From the IMG/VR virus record IMGVR_UViG_648276668_000012: a DNA stretch of 25,312 bases; one strand, 5' to 3'. Made by a program: the position numbers and the translations under genes. The notes beneath the pieces are model-generated. The model was not told the DNA's origin. It did not search any database and saw only the letters and a program-made list of their open reading frames with translations. This DNA is from a virus (lineage: Duplodnaviria; Heunggongvirae; Uroviricota; Caudoviricetes). Shown here in pieces: positions 16,533 through 23,902 of the stretch. Within the stretch, counting starts at the first letter, position 1; each line of letters starts with the position of its first letter.

Positions 16533-17183
16533 ATGAGCCTGAGTCCCGCACGGCAGCATCGCCTGCGCGTTCAGGCTGAACAGGCCGCCCGCGAGGGCGG
16601 CAGTGTTCGCCACGCGTCGGGCTATGACCTGATGCTGCTGCAACTGGCGGAAGACCGCCGCCGTCTCAAGGGCGTTCAGTCCACGGTCAAAAAAGCGGAA
16701 ATCAAGGTGGAGCTGCTGCCGAAGTACGCCGCCTGGGCGGAGGGTGTCCTGGCTGCCGGAGGCGCTCAACAGGATGACGTGCTGATGTACGTGATGCTGT
16801 GGCGTATTGATGCCGGAGATTATGCCGGGGCGCTGGAGATTGGGCGTCATGCCCTGCGTCATGGCTGGGTGATGCCGCTGGGTAACCGCAACGTGCAGAC
16901 CGTGCTGGCAGAGGAAATGGCAGACGCGGCGCAGAGCGCAATGCTTGCCGCCACCGGCTTTGATGCTGATCTGTTGCTGCAGACGCTGGAGCTGACAGAC
17001 GGTCTGGATATGCCGGACCAGTCACGGGCGCGTCTGCATAAAGCGATTGGCGCGGTCCTGAGTGAAAGCAATCCGGCTTCCGCCCTTAATCATCTCAACC
17101 ATGCGTTACAGCTCGATCCCCGCTGTGGCGTGAAAAAAGACAAACAGCAGCTGGAGCGCAGACTGCGCAATGACAGCCGCTGA
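16533..17183 (+). CDS. M: Terminase small (endonuclease) subunit (P2 gpM family)
   Basis: Similarity to P2 gpM (DD.LMYVMLWR.D.GD.AGALEI....L..G; ELTDGLDMPD; LHK); position after N. Confidence 0.85.
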   Translation: MSLSPARQHRLRVQAEQAAREGGSVRHASGYDLMLLQLAEDRRRLKGVQSTVKKAEIKVELLPKYAAWAEGVLAAGGAQQDDVLMYVMLWRIDAGDYAGALEIGRHALRHGWVMPLGNRNVQTVLAEEMADAAQSAMLAATGFDADLLLQTLELTDGLDMPDQSRARLHKAIGAVLSESNPASALNHLNHALQLDPRCGVKKDKQQLERRLRNDSR

Positions 17184-17277
17184 CAGAACGTGCCCCGCGC
17201 ACGGGCGGCACGGGGTGGCGAAAGGCACAGCCACATCAAAACTCCGTCCACCGCCCTCTATTTCAGGAGAAAGCAGC

Positions 17278-17742
17278 ATGAAGTTTGTTGCGCCAGAACA
17301 GGCACCGGAACAGGCGGAAATCATCAGAAATACGCCGTTCTGGCCTGATGTGGACCTGTCGGAGTTTCGCAGTGTCATGCGCACTGACGGCACGGTGACG
17401 CAGCCGCGTTTAAAGCAGGTTGCGCTGTCGGCAATTTCGGAGGTCAACGCAGAGCTGTATGAGTTTCGCAGACGCCAGCAGATGCTGGGGTATGCGTCGC
17501 TGGCAGAGGTTCCGGCGGAACAGCTGGACGGGAAAAGTGAGCGCATTCAGCACTATTTCAACGCGGTTTACTGCTGGGCACGCGCCATGCTCAACGAACG
17601 ATACCAGGACTATGACGCCACGGCATCCGGTGTGAAGCGAGGCGAAGAACTGGCGGAAGCCAGCGGTGATTTGTGGCGTGACGCCCGCTGGGCCATCAGC
17701 CGGGTGCAGGACGCGCCGCACTGCACAGTGGAGCTTATCTGA
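17278..17742 (+). CDS. L: Head completion/stabilisation protein (P2 gpL family)
   Basis: ATG at 17278 with GGAG RBS; similarity to P2 gpL (WP.VD..EFRS..R.DG; GYASLA.VP). Confidence 0.8.
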   Translation: MKFVAPEQAPEQAEIIRNTPFWPDVDLSEFRSVMRTDGTVTQPRLKQVALSAISEVNAELYEFRRRQQMLGYASLAEVPAEQLDGKSERIQHYFNAVYCWARAMLNERYQDYDATASGVKRGEELAEASGDLWRDARWAISRVQDAPHCTVELI

Positions 17743-17945
17743 TGAAAGTGCGTGCGCATCAGTATGACACGGTGGACGCGCTTTGCTGGCGTCATTACGG
17801 GCGCACGCAGGGTGTCACGGAGCAGGTACTGAAGGCAAATCCGGGGCTTGCCGAATACGGCCCCTTTTTACCTCACGGGCTGCAGGTGGAGCTGCCGGAC
17901 ATTCCGACCACCACCACTGTGCAGACCGTCCAGTTATGGGACTGA
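17742..17945 (+). CDS. X: Tail protein X (P2 gpX family)
   Basis: 67 aa; near-identical pattern to P2 gpX (D.LC.R.YGRT.GV.E.VL.ANPGLAE.G..LPHG..VELPD). Confidence 0.85.
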   Translation: MKVRAHQYDTVDALCWRHYGRTQGVTEQVLKANPGLAEYGPFLPHGLQVELPDIPTTTTVQTVQLWD

Positions 17946-17948
17946 ATT

Positions 17949-18164
17949 ATGACGCTTGAGCGAATCAGCGCCTTTATCACGTATTGCATCGCCGTCGTGC
18001 TGGCCTGGCTGGGCGATTTGTCCATCAAGGATGCCTCCACGCTGGGCGGCCTGATGATCGGTGTGCTGATGCTGGCTATCAACTGGTACTACAAACACAA
18101 AGCCTACCAGCTTCTGCGCGACGGGCAGATCTCGCGGGAGGACTATGAATCCATCAATCGTTAA
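17949..18164 (+). CDS. Holin (small 2-TM, pinholin-like)
   Basis: 71 aa with two hydrophobic helices and a charged C-terminus; immediately upstream of and overlapping a SAR-type endolysin. Confidence 0.7.
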   Translation: MTLERISAFITYCIAVVLAWLGDLSIKDASTLGGLMIGVLMLAINWYYKHKAYQLLRDGQISREDYESINR

Positions 18165-18657
18165 AGGCTGCCTTGTCGGGGCCGTGCTGGCTATTGCTGC
18201 CACGCTGCCGGGTTTTCAGCAGCTTCACACCTCCGTGGAGGGGCTGAAACTGATTGCCGATTACGAAGGTTGTCATCTGCAGCCGTATCAGTGCAGCGCG
18301 GGTGTCTGGACCGACGGCATTGGTAATACATCTGGCGTCATTCCAGGCAAAACCATTACGGAACGACAGGCAGCGGAAGGACTGATCTCCAACGTGCTGC
18401 GTGTGGAGCGGTCACTGGAAAGGTGTGTGAAGCAACAGCCACCGCAGAAGGTGTATGACGCGGTGGTGTCATTTGCCTTCAACGTGGGAACGGGCAATGC
18501 CTGCAGCTCCACGCTGGTGAAATTGCTCAATCAGCGGCGCTGGGCGGATGCGTGCCGACAGTTGCCGCGCTGGGTTTATGTAAAAGGTGTGTTTAATCAG
18601 GGGCTGGATAACCGCCGTGCGCGGGAGATGGCCTGGTGTTTACAGGGAGCAAACTGA
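18145..18657 (+). CDS. Endolysin, GH24 lysozyme with N-terminal SAR (signal-anchor-release) domain
   Basis: N-terminal weakly hydrophobic Gly/Ala-rich segment (GCLVGAVLAIAATLPG) followed by the T4-lysozyme-like catalytic triad spacing E-x8-D-x5-T (EGLKLIADYEGCHLQPYQCSAGVWTDGIGNT). Confidence 0.8.
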   Translation: MNPSIVKGCLVGAVLAIAATLPGFQQLHTSVEGLKLIADYEGCHLQPYQCSAGVWTDGIGNTSGVIPGKTITERQAAEGLISNVLRVERSLERCVKQQPPQKVYDAVVSFAFNVGTGNACSSTLVKLLNQRRWADACRQLPRWVYVKGVFNQGLDNRRAREMAWCLQGAN

Positions 18658-18658
18658 A

Positions 18659-19036
18659 ATGAAAAAGAAATTAATCAGCGGACTGTTTCTGATGTTATGG
18701 ATGGCGCTGTTAATCGCAGCAATGGTGTATCCGCAGGGGATTTTTCCGGTACTGGCAGCGTCCGGCGTTTGGGTAGCCTGTTTGCTGACATGGGCGGTAA
18801 TTCCGGTAGCACTGGCTGCGTTAATTAAGAATGGCCCGCTCTGGCAGGAGTTAAGGGCATCTTTGCTGAAGACAATTACCCGAAAAGAAAACGTATTTAC
18901 CAGTTGGGTGATGCGATTGCTGATTGTTGTAAGTCTCGCCTGGACGGGGTGGGCTATTACCCTGGTCTTTTATCTACTGACCGTTATTGCCTTCTGGATC
19001 ACCCGTAATCAGATGGCGCAACAGGTAGCAGCATGA
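18659..19036 (+). CDS. lysA: LysA-like lysis-timing membrane protein (4 TM)
   Basis: 125-aa polytopic membrane protein directly after the endolysin, as in the P2 lysis cassette. Confidence 0.6.
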   Translation: MKKKLISGLFLMLWMALLIAAMVYPQGIFPVLAASGVWVACLLTWAVIPVALAALIKNGPLWQELRASLLKTITRKENVFTSWVMRLLIVVSLAWTGWAITLVFYLLTVIAFWITRNQMAQQVAA

Positions 19037-19461
19037 ACCGGTTGCTGCTGGTTGTGCTGACGTTATTACTGGCGGCGCTGGGCTGGCAGACGTGGCGGCT
19101 GGCTGATGCCAGCCAGACCATCAGCACGCAGGCAGACGAGCTGCAGAGCAAAAGCCAGGCACTGGCAAAGAGCAACAGCCAGCTTATCAGCCTGTCCATT
19201 CTGACTGAAACCAATAACCGGGAGCAGGTGCGGCTCTATGCCGAAGCAGAACAGACCAGCACGCTGCTGAGACAACGACAACACCGGATCGAGGAACTGA
19301 AACGTGAGAACGAGGATTTACGCCGCTGGGCTGATACTCCTTTGCCTGCTGACATTATCCGGCTGCGGAAACGTCCGGCACTCACCGGAGGTATGGCTTA
19401 CCGTCAGTGGTTGTCCGCGAGTGACGCCGTGTCGGCTGGATCAGGCAACGCCGCGCACTAA
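19033..19461 (+). CDS. lysB: LysB, Rz-like inner-membrane spanin
   Basis: N-terminal TM helix, coiled-coil periplasmic domain; overlaps the embedded lipoprotein ORF. Confidence 0.7.
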   Translation: MNRLLLVVLTLLLAALGWQTWRLADASQTISTQADELQSKSQALAKSNSQLISLSILTETNNREQVRLYAEAEQTSTLLRQRQHRIEELKRENEDLRRWADTPLPADIIRLRKRPALTGGMAYRQWLSASDAVSAGSGNAAH

Positions 19462-19594
19462 CGGTGATCTGAACGCGTTGCTGGATGAAACGGAGGCCGC
19501 CTGGGCGGTCTGTGCAGACAAAGTGGACATGATTATTGCGTGTCAGGAGCGAAACAGTGAACAAACCACAATCCCTGCGCCACGCCCTCAATAA
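19304..19594 (+). CDS. lysC: LysC, Rz1-like outer-membrane lipoprotein spanin (overlapping LysB in +1 frame)
   Basis: Signal peptide with lipobox LSGC (MRTRIYAAGLILLCLLTLSGC); starts inside lysB in another frame and extends beyond it. Confidence 0.65.
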   Translation: MRTRIYAAGLILLCLLTLSGCGNVRHSPEVWLTVSGCPRVTPCRLDQATPRTNGDLNALLDETEAAWAVCADKVDMIIACQERNSEQTTIPAPRPQ

Positions 19595-19988
19595 AGCGGT
19601 GCCTTATGTCCGCAATAACCCGGACAAACTGCATCTGTTTGTGGATAACGGTTCGCTGGTTGCCACGGGGGCCAGCTCCATGTCGTGGGAGTACCGTTAC
19701 ACACTGAACGCGGTGATTGAGGATTTCAGCGGCGACCAGAATCTGCTGATGGCCCCGGTTTTGCTGTGGCTGAGGGATAACCAGCCCGATGCCATCAATA
19801 ACCCGGCGTTACGGGAAAAGCTATTCACCTTTGAGGTGGATATTCTGCGCAACGATGTCTGTGATATCAGCCTGAACCTGCAACTGACGGAGCGTGTGCT
19901 GGTCAGCACTGACGGCAGTGTGTCGAGCGTTGAAGCTATAGCGGAACCTGATGCACCTGAAGAAATGTGGACGGTGAAACGTGGCTGA
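19557..19988 (+). CDS. R: Tail completion protein R (P2 gpR family)
   Basis: GTG start at 19557 with AGGAG RBS; similarity to P2 gpR (KP.SLR.AL; FVDNGS; YTLN; PVL.WLR.NQPD). Confidence 0.8.
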   Translation: MNKPQSLRHALNKAVPYVRNNPDKLHLFVDNGSLVATGASSMSWEYRYTLNAVIEDFSGDQNLLMAPVLLWLRDNQPDAINNPALREKLFTFEVDILRNDVCDISLNLQLTERVLVSTDGSVSSVEAIAEPDAPEEMWTVKRG

Positions 19989-20427
19989 ACTGCAGAAGGT
20001 GGACGACTGGCTGAGTGCCTTGCTGGCGAATCTGGAACCAGCCACGAGAAGCCGCATGATGCGCCAGCTGGCGCAGGAACTTCGCCGGACACAGCAGCAG
20101 AACATCAGGATGCAGCGTAATCCTGATGGCAGCAGCTATGAACCGCGAAGGGTAACAGCACGCAGTAAAAAGGGGCGCATCAAACGTCAGATGTTTACAA
20201 AGCTTCGCACCACAAAATACCTGAAAACTGCCGCCAGCGCCGATTCTGCCAGCGTGCAGTTTGAAGGTAAGGTACAGCGCATTGCCCGTGTTCATCACTA
20301 CGGCCTGCGTGATCGCGTCAGTCGTAATGGTCCGCGAGTACACTATGCAGAGAGACGGCTGTTAGGGATAAATGCTGAAGTAATTAAGCTCATTCAAGAT
20401 ATGATATTTAGAGTCGTTACAAATTAA
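19981..20427 (+). CDS. S: Tail completion / virion morphogenesis protein S (P2 gpS family)
   Basis: 148 aa, overlaps the R stop; conserved position before the baseplate genes. Confidence 0.8.
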   Translation: MAELQKVDDWLSALLANLEPATRSRMMRQLAQELRRTQQQNIRMQRNPDGSSYEPRRVTARSKKGRIKRQMFTKLRTTKYLKTAASADSASVQFEGKVQRIARVHHYGLRDRVSRNGPRVHYAERRLLGINAEVIKLIQDMIFRVVTN

Positions 20428-20442
20428 CACTTCGAAGCTAGT

Positions 20443-20473
20443 AAAAATTAGAGTGACATAATTGCCACTCTAA
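20443..20473 (-). terminator. Rho-independent terminator for the reverse-strand cargo gene (possibly bidirectional)
   Basis: Inverted repeat TTAGAGTG-N10-CACTCTAA (20448-20473), 10 bp after the cargo-gene stop, followed on the minus strand by TTTTT (plus-strand A5 at 20443-20447). Confidence 0.5.
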
Positions 20474-20482
20474 TTAATGCGT

Positions 20483-21427
20483 TTAAATTTCGGATTTGGT
20501 TTCAAGGTTTCTCAATGTATTCGGTATCAATGTTTCACTGAATCCAGAAAGCGCACAAATCACATAAATGGAGAATGAGATGTCACTACTATTATTCATA
20601 AACCCGAAGATAATATTCCCCTTGAGCATAAAGTATACAAGTACGCCAGCCATCATTGAAAGGAGTATTCTCTCCGCACCATAGAAGAAATAAGTTTTCT
20701 TTTTTAGTTCTCTGTCTGTATGGAGGCTTTTTATTTTTAGGGATACAGAAATAAACCCCCCGATGGAAGCAAAGGAAGCGGCGTATAACACCACTGGAAT
20801 AAAGTGATTAGCTTTTATGAAATTAGAATCTCTAGCCAAATATGTTATCAATGCAAGGATGATGAATATCAATGCTAAAGTTATGGCTCCTGATTGATAT
20901 AAATTCCTTCCAAGCATTGTGTTTTCATAATCGTTTTTAATGTCTCTATTTATTGCGGCGAAGTTATTTTTGTTTATATCATTTTTTCCAAGTATTGTTG
21001 CTGACATAACTGTTGCTGCTCTTTTTTTATAAATAGAAGAGCAGTTGTATTTGTAGCAATGTGAAATAAACTCATCAAAGTGCTCTTTTGAAGCATGATA
21101 TCTATCAATCTTACTGTCATCCTCCTCAATGATTGAGTCTATGAAAACGAGCATAGACTCATGAGGCGGAAGATTGGCTACTTCATAAATGACATATTCA
21201 TCCCCACGTGAATAAATTTTACTTATGGTGTTTCCACCCAAATCTGTTCCACCAACGACGTATTTGCCAATTCTTTCTTGCTGTTTTTTTTTGTATTCAT
21301 CCCTCTCCTTCTTTGTAGGTGGGGGATTGATGGGATCATTCATTGCATCCATGGGGACAATATTATCTTGCTCAGCTGCTTCTGGGGTATTGGTGTTAGT
21401 TGTCATTTTTTGTGTAGTTAATGTCAC
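20483..21427 (-). CDS. Hypothetical cargo protein (314 aa): N-terminal soluble domain plus four C-terminal TM helices
   Basis: AT-rich ORF on the strand opposite to the tail operon, between S and V; hydrophobic helices at roughly residues 170-300; own terminator. Confidence 0.6.
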   Translation of the reverse strand: MTLTTQKMTTNTNTPEAAEQDNIVPMDAMNDPINPPPTKKERDEYKKKQQERIGKYVVGGTDLGGNTISKIYSRGDEYVIYEVANLPPHESMLVFIDSIIEEDDSKIDRYHASKEHFDEFISHCYKYNCSSIYKKRAATVMSATILGKNDINKNNFAAINRDIKNDYENTMLGRNLYQSGAITLALIFIILALITYLARDSNFIKANHFIPVVLYAASFASIGGFISVSLKIKSLHTDRELKKKTYFFYGAERILLSMMAGVLVYFMLKGNIIFGFMNNSSDISFSIYVICALSGFSETLIPNTLRNLETKSEI

Positions 21428-21474
21428 AAGGAAAGTGGATATAAATATACAAATAGTACAAATAAAATCAACTT

Positions 21475-22053
21475 ATGAACGCACAACTGACTGAAATCAT
21501 GCGCCTTATCACCAATCTGATCCGCACAGGTGTAGTCACCGAAGTGGACCGGGAGAACTGGCTTTGCCGGGTGAAAACGGGCGACCTTGAAACCAACTGG
21601 ATCAGCTGGCTGACCCTGCGTGCCGGGAATGCCCGCACATGGTGGAAACCATCGGAAGGTGAGCAGGTGGTGCTGCTGAGTCTGGGCGGCAATCTGGAGA
21701 CCGCCTTTGCGCTGCCCGCTGTCTATTCGAATCAGTTCGCACCACCGTCGACGTCGGCGGACGCCTGCGTGACAGAACATCCTGACGGTGGCTGGTTTGA
21801 ATACGAACCCGCCACCGGGCGCTGGTATGTCAGGGGCATCAAATCAATGGTCATTGAGGCCGCTGACAACATCACCATGAAAACCAGTGAGTTTGTACTG
21901 GAGGCTGACCGCACGCGCATTAACAGCGAAGTGGTGATCAATGGTGGCGTTAACCAGGGCGGCGGAGCGATGAGTTCTAACGGGATCGTGGTTGATGCGC
22001 ATCAGCATACTGGCGTCCTGAAAGGCGGCGATACAACCGGAGGCCCGGTATGA
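21475..22053 (+). CDS. V: Baseplate spike / assembly protein V (P2 gpV family)
   Basis: Strong similarity by recall to P2 gpV (RTG.V.E.D......CRV.TG...T.W..WLT.RAG..RTWW.PS.GEQV; GG.MS.SSNG). Confidence 0.88.
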   Translation: MNAQLTEIMRLITNLIRTGVVTEVDRENWLCRVKTGDLETNWISWLTLRAGNARTWWKPSEGEQVVLLSLGGNLETAFALPAVYSNQFAPPSTSADACVTEHPDGGWFEYEPATGRWYVRGIKSMVIEAADNITMKTSEFVLEADRTRINSEVVINGGVNQGGGAMSSNGIVVDAHQHTGVLKGGDTTGGPV

Positions 22054-22409
22054 CGCTTTATAGCGGGATGAACAATACCAGCGGCAAAGTCATTACTGAT
22101 ATTGATCATCTGCGCCAGTCGGTGCGGGACATTCTGCTGACACCGCAGGGTAGCCGTATTGCCCGCCGGGAATATGGTTCCCTCCTGTCGGTTTTAATAG
22201 ATCAGCCACAAAATCCGGCATTACGCCTGCAGGTCATGTCGGCAGTGTATGTGGCGCTGAGTCGCTGGGAGCCACGGCTGACGCTGGATTCCATCACCAT
22301 CAACAGCAACTTTGACGGTTCTATGGTGGTGGAGCTGACCGGGCGGCGGAATAACGGTGTGCCTGTGTCCCTTTCCGTATCAACAGGAGCAGAGAATGGC
22401 AGTGATTGA
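22050..22409 (+). CDS. W: Baseplate protein W (gp25-like lysozyme fold)
   Basis: 119 aa; ATGA overlap with V; conserved position. Confidence 0.85.
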   Translation: MTLYSGMNNTSGKVITDIDHLRQSVRDILLTPQGSRIARREYGSLLSVLIDQPQNPALRLQVMSAVYVALSRWEPRLTLDSITINSNFDGSMVVELTGRRNNGVPVSLSVSTGAENGSD

Positions 22410-23304
22410 CCTTTCGCAGTTGCCTGCACCGCAGATTGTGGATGTGCCGGACTTTGAGACGCTGCTTGCCGAACGCAAGGCAGAATTTGTGGCGCTTCAT
22501 CCGAAAGATGAGCAGGAAGCCGTGATCCGAACGCTGGAACTGGAATCTGAACCCGTCACTAAATTGTTGCAGGAGAACGCTTACCGTGAGTTGCTTCTGC
22601 GCCAGCGCATTAACGAAGCCGCGCAGGCGGTGATGGTGGCTTACGCGATGGGCGGCGATCTTGACCAGCTCGCTGCCAACTACAACGTGACACGCCTGAC
22701 GGTGACGCCTGCTGATAATGATGCTGTGCCGCCCGTTGCAGCTGTGATGGAAAGCGATGAAGCGTTACGCCTGCGTGTGCCTGCAGCCTTTGAAGGGCTT
22801 TCTGTTGCGGGGCCAACTGCAGCTTATGAATTTCATGCCCGAAGCGCCGACGGTCGGGTGGCGGATGCCAGTGCAACCAGCCCGGCACCTGCAGAGGTGG
22901 TGCTGACTGTCCTTAGCCGCGAAGGCGATGGAACTGCAGAAAAAGACCTGCTGGACGTGGTGGAAAAAGCTCTGAACAGTGAGAACGTCCGCCCGGTGGC
23001 TGACCGGCTGACGGTTCGCAGCGCAGAAATCATCCCGTATCGCGTGGAAGCCACCATTTTTCTCTATCCGGGACCGGAAGCAGAGCCGGTAATGGCAGCG
23101 GCAAAAGCCAGCCTGCAGAAGTACATCGCCAGTCAGACGCGTCTTGGTCGGGATATTCGCCGTAGCGCCATCTTTGCCGCCCTGCATGTTGAGGGTGTGC
23201 AGCGTGTGGAGCTGGCTTCTCCTCTGGCGGATGTGGTCCTGAACAAAACACAGGCGGCATCATGTACGCAGTGGAGCGTAACCAACGGAGGAACGGATGA
23301 ATAG
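22396..23304 (+). CDS. J: Baseplate assembly protein J (P2 gpJ family)
   Basis: ATG at 22396 with GGAG RBS; N-terminus 'IDLSQLPAP..V...DFE..LAERKA' and C-terminal 'LGRDIR.SAI.AALHVEGVQRVELA.PLADVVLN.TQA' match P2 gpJ. Confidence 0.88.
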   Translation: MAVIDLSQLPAPQIVDVPDFETLLAERKAEFVALHPKDEQEAVIRTLELESEPVTKLLQENAYRELLLRQRINEAAQAVMVAYAMGGDLDQLAANYNVTRLTVTPADNDAVPPVAAVMESDEALRLRVPAAFEGLSVAGPTAAYEFHARSADGRVADASATSPAPAEVVLTVLSREGDGTAEKDLLDVVEKALNSENVRPVADRLTVRSAEIIPYRVEATIFLYPGPEAEPVMAAAKASLQKYIASQTRLGRDIRRSAIFAALHVEGVQRVELASPLADVVLNKTQAASCTQWSVTNGGTDE

Positions 23305-23902
23305 TCTGCTGCCACCGGGTTCAACTTCACTGGAGCGCCGACTGGCGCAAACCTGTAGCGGGATTTCTGATCTGCAGGTGCCGCTGCGTGACTTGTGGAA
23401 TCCGGCTACCTGTCCGGTCAGTTTCCTGCCTTATCTCGCCTGGGCGTTCTCTGTGGATCGCTGGGACGAGGGCTGGACAGAAAGCGTCAAACGCCAGGTA
23501 GTGAAGGATGCTTTTTATATTCATCAGCATAAAGGAACCACCAGTGCCGTGCGGCGGGTGGTGGAACCGTTCGGATTCCTGATCCGCATTATTGAGTGGT
23601 GGCAGACCGGAGAAACACCGGGCACGTTTCGCCTGGATATCGGCGTGCAGGACCAGGGCATCACTGAAGATACCTATCTGGAACTTGAGCGGCTGATAAG
23701 CGATGCCAAACCATGTAGCCGTCACATGAGCGGCATGTCCATCAATCTGCAGACCAGCGGTCCGCATTGGGTGGGGGCTGCCAGCTATCTTGGTGAAGAA
23801 ATCACGATCTATCCGTATATCAACGAAACAATTATTTCCGGCGGCACCGCGCATGAAGGTGGGGCGGTCCATGTTATTGACACAATGAGAGTGAATCCAT
23901 GA
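23297..23902 (+). CDS. I: Tail/baseplate protein I (P2 gpI family)
   Basis: Similarity to P2 gpI (LWNP.TCP...LP.LAWAFSVDRWDE.W; GTFRLDIGV; DAKP.SRH). Confidence 0.85.
   Translation: MNSLLPPGSTSLERRLAQTCSGISDLQVPLRDLWNPATCPVSFLPYLAWAFSVDRWDEGWTESVKRQVVKDAFYIHQHKGTTSAVRRVVEPFGFLIRIIEWWQTGETPGTFRLDIGVQDQGITEDTYLELERLISDAKPCSRHMSGMSINLQTSGPHWVGAASYLGEEITIYPYINETIISGGTAHEGGAVHVIDTMRVNP

Noticed and set aside
16380-17546. Cluster of minus-strand ORFs (160, 107, 70 and 146 aa)
   Set aside because: All are antisense to the terminase small subunit M and head-completion gene L; GC-rich antisense artefacts.
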